From: Marsupella aquatica
Lineage: Eukaryota; Plantae; Marchantiophyta
Direction of reading: 5' to 3'
Length of the DNA stretch: 64,000 nt
Assembly: GCA_973895155.1 (NCBI GenBank)
Contig: OZ316898.1
Coordinates: 16,916,752-16,980,751, forward strand
Part shown: one piece after another, positions 24,757 to 38,459 of the stretch
Position numbering within the stretch: the first letter of the stretch is position 1
Layout of the letters: the number at the start of each line of letters is the position of its first letter
The notes under the pieces: generated by a model
What the model was told of the DNA's origin: nothing
The model's database searches: none
Seen by the model: the letters and a program-made list of their open reading frames with translations, nothing else
Translations under genes and position numbers: made by a program

Positions 24757-27700
24757 CATCTTTTAAGGGACCTTAAATAGAAAGAGTAAAATATGGATAG
24801 AGTGAAGGAAAATTGCCACTTTAATAGTTGAAACTGAATATGAAGATGAAATAATAAATAGAATACAAATCAATCTTTTTATGATACACTTTTGAATGAA
24901 TTAATAAACTTAAATATATTAAATGGGTAAAACAAATACAGGGTTGCATGGGAAAAGAAGAAAATACATTTTTAAAAGATGAATTTTTTTTTCATATAAA
25001 TAGTTTCATAAAATTTGATATCCCAACCATAGCACCCGCTCCAGCATTCACATGAGAACTATCTAGGTTTCCCAATCTGAGCAATTAAATTTTTTTTCCA
25101 AACCTCTCACATGTTCAAATGAAGACCTGGTGTGGTTGCTGTCTAGATTGACTACCTTGATTTTGGACCACTCTTGTGAGGTTGGCAACCATAGAAGAGC
25201 TATTTGTTTTCCTTTCAAACCACAAGATCTTGAAACAAAAATATGCTGGCAAAAATGCCAATTTACTGCACAAATTTTCCTTCAAATTAGTTAAAAATGC
25301 CATCACAATGCAATTGGGTGAATAAGTCCATCCAAAATGAGGGCCTTTTTTCTCAGCCACTACTAACATTGTAAGGGGAGGAATAAAAAATCCAAAGAAA
25401 GAGACACTAGTTGATAGCATTTTCAATAAAATAAAAATAAAATCAAACTTCAAACAGAAAATTAGTTCGTGGACCCCCACCTGTTTTTATTCGATTAGTG
25501 GACTACTACGTTGAGCTTCAGTGATCTGCTAGAGTAGTTGAGGTCGATCAGTCCTTATCGATCTTGTCAATGTCCTTATCGATTCTCTTTGCTTCTCCTT
25601 CTTTCTGCTCGATCTATTTGTTTCTGATTAAGATGTGCTGCGCCTCTTTTCTGTCCTCGATCAGTTCTCATTTTTCCTTTCTTCATTCGGCTTCTGATCT
25701 TTTTTGATTTTGTTTCTCCAACATTCCTCTTTACTTTGCACTTCAAGAGGCGAAACTCCTTTCGAGCTTTCCTCTTTTCATTACTTTCATCAAAAGCCTT
25801 CCTCCCTTTCGAAATGTTGATGTGCTTCTTTTGTTCTGACGGTTTTATTTCGGCAGTTACACAGGAATACGGTTACTGTTTACGTTGAACACTATTTACT
25901 TTTATAAAAAAACATTTATAAATTTAAGTAAAGAGAATATGGGTGAATGTTTTTAATCTCGCCCTTTGTATCAATAGATTTGGATGAACTTTTAATTACT
26001 TTTACATTATGTTTTGACGGCATGGCGTCCATAAAATTACACGAAAAGCGACGTAAACAAGATGGAGAGGAGTTTATTCGTTGCGCAAACATGACCATTC
26101 TTGTTTGTTGCGGTTGTTGCTGACGTGGCACTCTGTGGTGCCAGGAATTTTGGAAGGAACCTCTAGTGGGGTCCGTAAATATCTTCTCTTCTTTTACTCC
26201 TTTGCTAAACTTCTCACCCATTTTAAACATAAATCTACTTTTTATTTGAGTAATTATTGGCTGAATTTTCAACTTAGCCTTGTGATAGGGAGGGAGGGGA
26301 GCTGGGGGCGGGGGTTAGGGCAAAAATGCTTACTTAGGGTTTAGGGTTTTGGGTGGGGGGAGAGAGGGCAAAAAAGCTTCCAAGCTCTTTTCTCCCCATA
26401 GGTTCTTCACAAAAATACCTTATACACTGTCCCTCAACTAGCAATAGTTTATGCATAGGCAAGGTATTTGGGGTACATAATACGTTCAACAATGTAATCT
26501 ATGATGAAATACTATATATCATAGTATGAAATACTATATATGATTATGAAATGTCATAGTCATATGTGAAACATGATTTTCATTAGCAAAATCAAATCGA
26601 CAATAATACAACCATGTACTTAACACATCCAGAAGTAGTGTAATGGTTCAGCTTTTGTGACGACCCTTTGGTCACGGGCCTGGTAATGAGTGGATCGAGT
26701 GTTGTTGTTCCTCTGTCAAGTAGGATAGGATAAATGATTTAAATTCCGTTTTGTGCCTTATATAGGTGCATGGTAGATTTTGCTTTAAAATTGAGGTATG
26801 CATGTATGAAACACTAAACACTTCCAACTGTATAAGACTAGTTTGTAAGACCCCATATATTTTATGACCCATGGCACGTCAGTGTACAGTGTACTGACAC
26901 TAGAAAGCTTGTCTCCAGTGTCAGTACAAGTTTTGTAATAGATGCCTTTGATTTTTGTTGCTAGATATTGACCAAGTTCCGAGCAAGATCCGAGCAATAT
27001 ATATAATGTTGTGTTTCGCGGTTTGGTGTTTGTGCTTTAACTCATCCTTCAACTTAGACAAAATTTTCACCTTGGCTGGAAGTCATCAATCCTATAAGAA
27101 TTCTTTTGGTCGTCGATCCTTCTACAGTAAGTGTGCAAATTTTGACGGCTGTTGGTCCGCCCGCGTTTTTAGGACGGTAACTGAAGGTAATCTTTGGCAT
27201 GCCAATCTGACTCGACCGCCCTTTGAGCGGAGATTGAACTAAGGACAAAGTCTCGATACTTTCCGGCCCTCAACGCCAGATCCAAAATGTAGGGAAATAC
27301 TGCTCACTTGTACCTCAGAACACACCTCAGAAATTTTCCCCTCGATTAGCCAAATGCATATGTACAGTAGCTACGAGGTTGGTCACCTGATCTATAAAGG
27401 TTCTCCTTAAATCTAGGAGTGAGTTGTCCTTAAATCTAGGAAAATCTGCCGGCTCACATGGCATACTTCAGAATTTTGTATGACAAAATATAGGTCTCAT
27501 AGAAGGAGCGACGTCGCCACTCACATTCCTTTCCCAAAATGCGACGAAGAAAAAAAGAGGCTGGGCGGCACCCATGTCAATCCCTCAACAATCCACAGCC
27601 ATTGCTGCATGTCCTTAATGAGCCGCAAAGTTGAACCTTCCAGAAGAATTCGGTCCGATCATTCACGTGAAATTTGCCTCTCCAAGCGACATTCTGCACC

Positions 27701-30457
27701 GGTCGAGTCAGTTGCCATCCGGCAAATGTGTATGTGGAGGACTCGCGCTCCTGAGACACAGTGAATGTTTGCAGATAGGCGACACAAGCCGTGTAACCTC
27801 CGAATCGAATGGCAAGCTTACCGAACGACAGGCACAGATTTTAACTATTGTTAAATCGGGAGAGAATCCTGGGGCTTATTGTAGAAAACGACCATTTATT
27901 TCAGTCCAAATGCATACACCACTTTTTTTCGTAGAAAGCTCGGGAACAATTGTCACTGACGCGCGTACCTGACAAGAAGCTTACTGGACCGCCCCCAAAC
28001 AGTGCAGGACAGTACAGGAATATATACTTCGAAGCCCAGCACTCCAGCAGCTCAGGGTCACCGCCCATGCAACATGATACCGTCTAGAAGACACGGAACA
28101 GGATCCTGAGTTCCGGGGGCTGTCGATCACCGTACTTCGAGCTCGAGCCAAGCGCGGGTTGTACAACTACACTGTGCAGCGCACCGACAGATGGGATTAC
28201 GGAATTCTTACGCCACTGTCAACGACGCTCCAACGAATATTTTGACCATTTATTATCGTCTTTACTATGAGCCGATGGACGGATCATTGAATTGCGAGGA
28301 ATCCGAACGACAGATCCAAATTTCCAGAAATTTCTGTTCAACGGTAGAGCTTTTCCAAAAAAATTTGGAACACCAGCTAGACGACCGGCATCAAATGAGA
28401 ACTTGGAGCCCATGTGATAAACGACCTTTTGGTCGCTGGATTTCTAACTTCCGAGGGTTTGGTATCTCCCAATTCCACTTGTAGACCTTTGTGAGGGAGG
28501 CATCCTGCGCGTGAGGACAGGCGAGACGCCGTCTTAATGTCGAAAACCTTTATTCTTGAACGATCATTGCGTAAAGCAAAACCGTTGTCGGAGGAAGGCC
28601 ATCCGTTGTCCAACTTTCTTTTCTGGTCGAGTTGAACGACATTCCTTGCAAAAGCATTATTTTGCTGACCGTGGAAACGGCCATGCCACGGAAATAAACC
28701 TATTTTTTTCTTAAACTGATAGAACTGTGGAAGCCCAAGCCTACATCAGAATCCTGTGGAAGGTTGGCATCTCCACTGATAAACGATCTCTACCTGCATC
28801 CATTTTTGACGAAATTCTTGCGACATGAAACGACCTCTACACCAGAATTGCAAGGGGCTAGGCCAGGCTCCATGCAATGATCGCACTGACGAAGAATGTC
28901 AAGTGCCAACGAGCTTCTTTTTTTAGTGGCGAAAATTAGCTACTGTACTGTTACACATGACTGAAAAAGTCATGGCCACTCTGTTGGTGAAAATTAGCTA
29001 CTTTACTGAGGGTTTTTTTGTTTCCATTAGGCAGTTTCCCACCTAACCACACTCCTATTAGCCAGAATCAGATATTTATTTTGAAATCCAGGGCAATCTG
29101 CTTCCCACCTAACCATAGACCTCTTAGCCAGAATCTCATGGTTATTTTTAATCTAGAGAAATCAAGTAATCCAAGATTAGTAATACCCTTGGCATCTTGG
29201 CCTGCACACAAGATCGAAAAAGAAGAAAGAACTTTATGTTCCAACCCCTGATGTCTGAGCTTCCACTGTAGTATGTGTGACTTTGGTGCATCATGAAGAG
29301 TCATTCAAGCTACCCACCCATCTTGGCCATTACACTATTACAGTAAAGGCAAACCGCCAATACCTTAGCGCCAATCGGGTTTGCTTGCACACAGGACCTG
29401 TGCAAAAAAATTATTTTATTTTATTTTATGCCAAAGTAAAATATTATTTCTTGTGTTTAAAAAAAAATAAAAAATAAAATTATATTCCATACCTTAGTTT
29501 ATTTCTATAAGTGCTCCATGTGTTGCGGTTCTATAATCATTTTCTGTTATGACGGTATACAATCCCTTATTACTCAAGTAATTTTTTTAGGTGACACTTA
29601 TCAACTTGAAATGTGTCTTATTGGGTTGAATCTTTTGCATTTCTACGAATTTAAAATATGCATACCCCTTTAAGCTTTTAATAGACAGTTATTTTATTCT
29701 GGGATCCCCTTTCAAAGTGCTCCTTATCCCTATATTTTTCTTTCAATTCTCCCTACTCATATATAATGGCCCACCACCCAATCATCTAAAAGATCTCACA
29801 CCACGGCATGACCTCGAGATTTGACCTTGAGATACCTTGAATACACCTAAGTGTCCAAACCTCTATCCTGTGCAAAATAACATGGTATGTCTTATTCAAA
29901 GCTCTTCATATAGGTCTTCAAGGAAAAAAAACGTTAAACTTCAAGGAAAGCTCTTCATATAGGTAGAACTGTATCTTAATATCTTGATAGTTTATATATT
30001 GTATGGTGTACAGTTTGCATGACTAAATGCATCATATTAATGACTAAAGTTTTTTACATATTTTGTTCTCTTCTCAGTCACAATGATGTACTGACTCAAA
30101 ATTTTAGTTTTAATTTGTTTAATTCATTTGTGGATCACTATCAGATAAAAAGTGAAATATGTTTTGAGAGGATGAGCAGAACTCAACGCCCTCCCCTCAT
30201 TGGGGAGTGTAAAAGTGTGGATAGTGCAGGCTTGAGGTGTCCTCCCGGGACCCTGCACTAGACACGGTAAACTGTTGTAATCCAGATAAAGTATGTCGGG
30301 AATTTAAAGTGAACGGGAACAGATAAGGGCTGGTTGCATGGCTTTGCAGTTGAATATTAACACTTTCCAGGGTACAGGCAAGGGCTCGTTGCATTGCTTT
30401 GCAATTGAATATAACACTTTTAAAAAAATGCCAAACCAGGAGACAGGACCCCATAGG

Positions 30458-30597
30458 CAAGCTCCCCAATAACATAGCTACCCAATCACACAATAAAGGG
30501 GAGAGAACTAGGAAAAAAACCTAAGGGACAAAAAGCCCAAGCTACCCAACAACATAGCTACCCAATCACACAATAAAGGGGAGAGAACTAGGAAAAA
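30458..30597. repeat. Tandem duplication with ~80-bp period
   Basis: AACATAGCTACCCAATCACACAATAAAGGGGAGAGAACTAGGAAAAA twice. Confidence 0.9.
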
Positions 30598-32879
30598 GAA
30601 GTAAAGCAGCCATACTGAGCATCAACAGGAAAACCTTTGCAAATTCCGTTTTTAATTTGGATGCTTTTGTTGTTTAAAGGACGACAAGGGAAACCCGCCT
30701 GCTTCTTTTTCCATCGTTGTTTCCTGCACTCGAGGTACCCAACATGCATTTTTCTCCGCTTCTTTCTTACTCGTCGCAAAGTTTCAGATACTCGATGGAT
30801 CTGTGTTCTTCTTGTGGAAGTTTGTTTGCGAACTCGGATGCTTGTTGTGTGAAGTAGATTCAAAAGGCAAACAGCAACAGAACTATAACAGTAATAAGAA
30901 GTTTCTGAAAACCATTGGACTCTCCTGATTGAGGTCATGATGTAAGGTGCAAGATAGCGGCCCAGCGTTCTTGACATTCATTACGGGAGCTGCAAGTGGA
31001 TAGACAAAAGCTGTCGACGCTTCAGCTGGCGGGAATGACTCGGACTCTCCGAGAGTGCAGTTCTTCCGTAAACTGCGCTCAGATCGATCGGTGAACTTGT
31101 TCGAGAGCTAAAGTTTGAATCAGACCGGACAGGTTCGCACATGAAATTGTACAGAGCATTTGCACACGTTTTGGGCGTCACAAACGACACAGCTGGGCGG
31201 CTGTTTGTACTCGGCAGGAAGGAGGCGGGTTCGACTCAAGCCGATAAGCTTGTCGAGTAATGCGCTCGAGATTCTCTCCACAGTTTGCGCTCCAGACTCC
31301 AAATAAACTTTGCCCCTTTGTAGCCCGACAGGAAGCAGACACATCGATGGTGTTAGTGCACTATAGATCGAATTGGTTACCGGTCTGCAGTCTGCGGTCT
31401 GCCTGAGCAATACAATTCTCACACATAGGCGTCAACCTCCTGTTTTCATAACCCACAATCATGCCTTCCTGGACAGAATTAAGAAACTCGCATTCACTAT
31501 TCTTCACTTCGATCCGACGGTTGTGGGTCATGAGACGGTTGTGGGTCATGAGCGGATCTCCCAGGAAAGAGCATTTTTAGGAGGTGAACTCTGTGAAGTC
31601 TAGTGATCTTGTCTTCTAACTCCTGTACTGGGAAATTCCGAGAAAGGGTTCCGAATTGACTTGAACGAATGAACGTAATCTGAGCTAAGGTTGATCCGAC
31701 TTCAGCCGACAGTGTCTGAAAAGCAATGACTTTACATAAACTTCGGCTTAGGTGGCGTGCTTTAATAATTGAACAGTCAACACTAACTTGTCTGGTGGCG
31801 ATCTTTGCCGGGCTTTATTGGGAATGGGAAGAACGAGCGTTACTTTTGTTCTAACTCGTTACTGTGCATTAATGTACACATACTATGTTTTCATTTTTCA
31901 TGTATTACTCTGAGCTTGGAATGCTTGTACGCTTTCACTGTACACTAGTAACTGCAGACTCGGGTGACTTTACAAGGCTTGGGGGTGAATTTGTGGCTGT
32001 TTTGCATCCAATGAAAGTGTAGGGCTACTTCTTATTCTAAAGATAATTCCGACCAAAAACATTTTTAAATAACCAAGGTCAATAAATGCAAATCACTTGA
32101 ATAAAGGAGCCAAAGTTTCCAGATGTTTGGACCACCTCTCGAGGTGGTCTGAAATTCTGGGAGGTGGTATGAAATACTAGACAAAATCAGAATCCTAGAC
32201 AAAATAAAAGCACTCCTCGTCACCATTTACTTGGTCTCACTACTTGCCAAGTAGGATGGACGACATGACACCAAAGTACGTGGGTTCACGGGGGGTCTAA
32301 AATTCTAGAGGAAAAAAAAAACTTTATATGCATTTACTTGGTCTCACCATTTGCAATGCATGTAGGATGGTAGATGTTATACGTGAGTGGGTCCTAGTTC
32401 TTATAAAGACAGCTGCAACTGTTTCCAATCATTATACAATCACGATCTAATCTCAAACAGAAATTAAAAAGCAAATCTAATCTCAACCAGAACCAAAAAA
32501 AGCAACTGGCCCAGATCTAATCTCGACCGGAATAGAAAGAACCAATAGGCCTCTTAATTTTTGTATAGCCATCCTCAAACGTTGAAATTGAGACCACTGT
32601 TGAATGTTAAGATTATGCACGGTCAAAATGAATGTGAATAGCACTAACACAAATTCCAGTTGTGTTCAGGACAAGTTCTATTTGTCAATAAAAACTCAAA
32701 CCATGAAGCGTCAATAAAAACTAAAAAGCATGATTGAAACCAAGCAACCCGTAAAACCCGTAAAACGGAAGGGGAGCCCACTCACTCAGACTGGTGGGAC
32801 GTCTCAAATTACTTGTCAAAGGCCAAACCAAACATTTATACATTGACTCACTCGCACACACTGTAGTGCTTCAGATCTG

Positions 32880-35800
32880 ATGACCACTGCATATTAGAAA
32901 TGGTGAGTTCGAAGTTAAAACTCAGTCAGCCATTCCAGGTATTCCAAGTGTTCCGCGCGCAGTAGAAGTGTCACACATCCCAATGTACAATCGGTTCCAA
33001 TTTGGAGAGGCCTATCATACTGTGGGGCTTCAAAGAAGCTCCATTATCGCCACTGTCCACGCGCCATACACTTTCTGGAATTACACATAGAAAACTTTCA
33101 GGCTAGATGAATAAACCTTACACCAAGGCACACGGTACAATTTTCACTCAAACAGAATGGTCTAAAATTCCTTGTTGATGGATTTGCTTATCCAAAGCTG
33201 TCTATCAGTGCCATGTGTTTAGCGTACGAATTACGGTAACTGGTTTCGTCCTTCCGAAAGGGTGACTGTCACCCTTTCGGAAATTTCCCTAAGTGGAAAT
33301 AGCAGAAGGAACGGGACTACGGGAGGCGAAATGTCAGCCCCAGTTGGCCAGTTAGTTTCACTTTTCATATTGGCAGAATAATTCTTATTTTTTGGACTTC
33401 AATGCACAGTGCGTGGTCCCCCCTGTGTTGTGAAGATTCATTAAAAAAATGGTAGCGACCTATATATAACTTGAAGTTCAGGACAAGTTAAAGCATAGGG
33501 TGCGCAGCGCCAGAGCTTACCATACAACACACACCACCCATCGAGAGTACGTTCTTGAAAGTTGTGCAAGCCCGTGAGCAGAGAAGGAGCTATCTTCTAG
33601 TGGTTTGACTTGTGCGAGTCCCTGAGGAGCTTGGAAGAGCTATGTTTTAGTGGTAGGTCAAATAACTGAGTTCATTCTCACGAATGTCGGATTCAGGTGC
33701 TGTTTAGGGATTGTCTCAATTCAGGCACAGCCATTTTGTGATCATTCGACCCATCGTCGCTTCTCTATAGTGCCTTGGTCAGCAGCCACATAGGTTCCAT
33801 GATTTGTGTACCCGGCGAACGTCACAGCTACGGAGCTGCAAGATGAAAGCAGATGTCTCCACGATCCTGCAGTTTCTTGAACTGGACTTTACTCCGGGCT
33901 TTACTCTCGGAACAATTTGATGCCTGCCGCAAGAAGCTCCAGTGTCTTTCAGCAACCCACAAGGCTCCGACTTTTCAGTTGTCATCGAACCGGATGACCA
34001 TGTTGGAGCAGGGATCGTTCCTTCCGAACATCGACTGCAATCTATTCTGGTCCTCGACGAGTACAAGCGACTGGAAATGCAGTTCGGGAGGTTTGAGTTT
34101 CCAGTGCTTTCGAGTAACGTATATTCAGACGTCTGGACGAGAGTGGAGTGGCTTGGACTGGCCTTTCCTACTAATGAAAGGCCAACCCAAGCATCTCCAC
34201 TCTTGTTCAACTGTCGTCTTGATCAACATACAACGGCATACGGAAGAATAGACTGAATTCACGCGCGTTTCATTTGTCTGCTTACGATTCCCGCCAAACT
34301 GCCTCGCCATTCTTATCCTGCAAACGTTGCGGAGAGTAGAGGAATTGGTGGAATGATGCTTTTGTGCAATCTGTGGTGCCCCCGGTGGTGCCACAGCAGT
34401 TCGCCTCGCATGCAATTTCACTTAATGTGCGAAGGCTTACTAGGGACATTGAGTGCAATTGTCCAGACACAAGAAAGAAACACGAACCTACGAATCAGTG
34501 GAGTACGTAGCTATTCTTTCCTCGGAAGGAATACGGCAGGCCCAGCATCTTCACTACAGCCATCGTTGCGTACAATTATCAGTGCGAGCTGCGCGCATGG
34601 CCATTCAAAACGGAATTGCCATCAGACCCGGTAATCAGTGGGAGCTGGTTGATGTAGTCCTCAGGAGCCCACCCGACTATTTCCACTCTGCAATACATTA
34701 TGCGAAATTTTGTGTCCAATATAGAAACTTGGAGCGAGATCGAGACACACAGTAGAGAATGTTTCTACTTGTAACAGACATGGCGCAGTTAGTCTCAGTC
34801 TGTCTGTTCCATTCCTTCGCGCCTGGAGAAGTGATGGTACACCTGGTACCTTTGAGATGATTCAGATATGTGCTCGATGGTGGAGTGGCTTGGACTGGCC
34901 TTTTCTTTCCCAAGTAAATGCCAGCCCAAGGATCTCCACCTTCGCGTATCCATCTAGCAGCCTTTTATCTTTGAGATGATTCAGATATGTGCTCGATGGT
35001 GGAGTGGCTTGGGGATTCAGATATGTGCTCGATGGTGGAGTGGCTTGGAGATTCAGATATGTGTTCGATGGTGGAGTGGCTTGGACTGGCCTTTTTCTTT
35101 CCGAAGGAAGGGCCAACCCAAGGATCTCCACCTTCGCGTAGCTATCTATCACACTTCAAAAACAGTGCCACTACACTTGAACTCAAGTCACTGGCTTCAG
35201 CACGACCCTCGGCAGACCTAATTCTGAATTTATCTGAGAAGATTTGACCAGTTCGTGACTTGACGTGGCATGTTTTTCACAGGAAAACCCAGCCCTTGGA
35301 AGTTGCCCACAGGTCCTACAGCACGTTTCCTACTCGACAAACCGACCCGGCAAGAGCAGCCATCACTCTGCGTCAAAATTCTGGTAGCAGCTTTTGCAAT
35401 TTCGTGCCGCAAATCACGCGGATGACACGACCTACTACACGGTTTTGCCTGGGTACATGGAACATTGACATCTCTCATGGTCGGGGAGTGCGAAAATCCC
35501 TGCCATAGGAGGTCCCACGAAATGTGGACAGAAAAAAGAACATGAGAGAGATTTTTGAAGATAAGAACAATTCAGAAGTTTGCACGAGAGTGGAGTGGCT
35601 TGGACTGGCCTTTTCTGCAAAGAAAATACCAGCCCAAGTATCTCCACTTCCGTGGAGATATCTACGTCACATTTGGCAACTTTCAAAAGAGACTTCCATG
35701 CGAATATGTACATCTGGAGGATGGTTAACTCCAGAACTTGCTTAGTTGTTGAGCTTTTTATCTTGAGAATTGGATCTGATTAGTTATATGTGTGACAGTT

Positions 35801-36060
35801 TTGGCCGAGGCAGCAAGTAGAGACTAAGATAGATGCGCCTGAAAGTACCAACTATATCTCAATTGTTATGAACTCAGAACAATTCAGAGTTGCTTGGAAT
35901 GGACTCTTTGAATGGCCTGGTGTCCAAAGAAAGGTCCATCCAATTATCTCCATTTTCACAAAGCTTTTCACTATTAGTATACACTTCAGGCTCTACACTA
36001 CATGTTGAGACAAATTAGGGAGGTGAAAAAAGACTTAGCACAGATTTGTAGGTCATTTTT
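32880..36060 (-). repeat. Arm 2 of the inverted segmental duplication (partner 600-5960)
   Basis: Same matches as arm 1, in collinear reverse-complement order. Confidence 0.85.
34978..35085. repeat. 36-bp x3 tandem repeat of the hairpin 3' arm and flank
   Basis: GATTCAGATATGTG(C/T)TCGATGGTGGAGTGGCTTGG(G/A) x3. Confidence 0.95.
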
Positions 36061-36180
36061 CATGATGTTCTTGGAGTTTGCAAAATTGAAAACAATCCAA
36101 GTATTTTCAATTTTAAAATAATTTTGGTAGCATCTTCAAAATTTTGATAGTTATATAATTTCAAATTTTCAGTTTAGATA

Positions 36181-36852
36181 ATCTCAAGTCCTTCGCGCAT
36201 AGGGAATATATATTGTAATTTATGACTATATTCAGATGTTTTTTTCATTTATTTTTAATAATATATTATATATAATAAAATATTGTAGTACAAATTTTAA
36301 TAAAATTTATATATTATTTTTGTTTTATTTTATTAATTTTAAAATTAAGTTTTTTAAATTAAAAATTAAAATTTTTTTCAAAATGATAAATTAATTTTTA
36401 TCTTTTCACGTATATTTAACTAAATGTTGACTTAAAAATATATTAAAATAATAAAAGTTAGTTATTAGATTTTGAAATATGTATTAAAATTAAAATTGTC
36501 ATAACAATAATGAATCTATTCCATGATCACGTAACTGAACCCTATTTTAGAGTCATTATCAAATATTATATTAAAAAAAATTCAATATAGAATTTATAAT
36601 TGTTAAATTTTTTAAATATATAAATAATTTATATTAAATATGCAATAAAAACATAATATTATCAGATTTTATTAATTTATAAAATAAATATTTTATTTTT
36701 TATTAAAAATTTAAAAATAAAATTATTTTTAAAATTTGTATTGCAATATTTTATTATAAATTATATATTTATTATAAAAAATAAATACAAATGACATATA
36801 AATATGATACTAGATTGCAAAAAATGTTCCCTATGCGCAAAAAACTTGAGAC
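36181..36852. mobile_element. Very AT-rich MITE/foldback element with a probable TA TSD (Tc1/mariner-Stowaway-like)
   Basis: Ends ATCTCAAGTCCTTCGCGCATAGGGAA and TTCCCTATGCGCAAAAAACTTGAGAC are imperfect inverted repeats. Inverted similarity continues inward (ATAATAAAATATTGTAGTACAAATTTTAA vs TTAAAATTTGTATTGCAATATTTTATTAT). TA flanks both sides. Confidence 0.75.
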
Positions 36853-38459
36853 TATTGATGACATCAAACTAGAGAATCTGATGAGTAAAGTGTTTATTTG
36901 AGATTATAGATACTATTATAACTAGAAAATCTAAAAATTCAAAATTCACAATTATATCATTTTAGATGACCATAAATGGAGCATCTCCAAGACACTAGTG
37001 GATTCCTTTGGATTGGCCTCACCTTCCGAGAAAAGGCTAACCCAAGGATCTTCATCCCATAGGTATGGAGTAGTGTCATTTCGGGTTTAGTTAAATCACA
37101 CCTACCCCTCTAAAGGGCTACGGGTAACCCGTAGCTCTCATTCTAAGGAGTACAAGTTCAAAATTTGCCTTTGAGTTCCACAAAAGGTGTTGATTGCAAA
37201 ATCTTTTTTTGGCAACTACTTCACAAAATGTGCTAGTGTTCCACCTTTTATGGTGAGTAGTGAGACATGGAATGAGGGTTTTATAGTGACAGGTGTGATT
37301 TAACTGCTGGTGGCAGTCCTCTAGGCAACCGCATGTGTATCATAAGAATTTTAGAGGAGTTAATCAAAATCCAGACATCTGCACCAGTAGTGGTGTGGAC
37401 CGTCCTGCCAAATCTTTCATGACAACGCAGCAGCAGCGAAAGGATCTCGACTATAGTTCAAGTACACATCTACCATCATGGACTAGGATATGGAGAAGTA
37501 ACATTCCAGGGTTCAGTGACCGGTTCCAATCATTTCACACTGGTCCTTACAAAGAACTCTCGAGGACTTCATAAAATATTGGAGAATCTGGATTGACAAG
37601 TTTTGAGAGAATGATGTCAAATGCCCGACGGCCCACCATTCCATTAAGAAGGATCAAAATCGGCTGACATCATATTTGACACATTTGATTCGCCAATTTG
37701 TCGTCTGGACCTGGCCCACATCTTCCCGGCAACCCGTACGTAGTGCCGCATTCTGCCACACGTTCCCTCCGCGTATCGATCTCGTGAATCAAGAACAATG
37801 CATCCATCTGCACCATGTCCCAGGCGGTCCGAGGAGGCACTGAATCAAGTAAGTTGGACGTACATTTGTGGAGAATGGAACATTTGTGGCCGGTAAACTC
37901 AGTTGTCTGCGGGAGAGTGGAATGGCTGCCTTGGACTGAGTGGCCTTTCCTTCGATAAGACGAAGAGGCCAGCCGAGGCATGTCCATGGCCAATCTCGGA
38001 CAGTGTCTAACTGCAATATACACCACGGATTCACGGAAGGATGGAGAGGAAGGCACGGTTCCCAACCCCGACAACCACTTGGGACATTTCATTCTTCGAC
38101 GTCTGCTTCTCTGCTTTTAAATCTATATATTGCACTGTTCTAGTCTTCACCGCAAGCGTCATGAAGGATGACATGTCAACGCTGTCGGAGAAAGGCGAAA
38201 ATTCGGCACCTCTACACGAGGCTAGCGACCAAGCTGAATGGCATCCATTGCAGAAGGCGAATGATGATCCACTGATTGATCTTATTAGGTGCACGGTATC
38301 CAGCGTCGAGGGCCAATGATGATCCACTGATTGATCGTAGGTCCAGGCCTTTTCCTCAAAGTAACGTGAATCATTCACAAAAATTACACCTCCACTGGTC
38401 ACATGAATGAAATGCCGGTGGACAAAATAGCCCCTTTTCCCACACTTTTGTCACTTTCT

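Larger units (their letters stand above)
34128..37987 (-). ncRNA. Array 2 of ~8 pre-miRNA-like hairpins, same family as array 1
   Basis: Good copies at 34128-34215, 34864-34955, 35054-35147 and 35575-35662; degenerate copies at ~35885-35960, 36998-37055, 37372-37462 and 37911-37987. On + they read GTGGAGTGGCTTGGACTGGCC...GGCCA(G/A)CCCAAGGATCTCCAC. Confidence 0.6.

Noticed and set aside
20900-26270. Decayed DNA-transposon coding fragments
   Set aside because: Patchy coding-like and low-complexity sequence, but no transposase motif, TIR or TSD that I can identify.
30950-31620. GC-richer stretch with 60-100 aa ORFs
   Set aside because: Stops in all frames and no recognisable homology.
34150-34162. 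miR319-like seed CTTGGACTG
   Set aside because: Only 8-9 nt match, it lies on the strand opposite to the one favoured by G:U polarity, and the rest (AAGGGAGCUCC) is absent.
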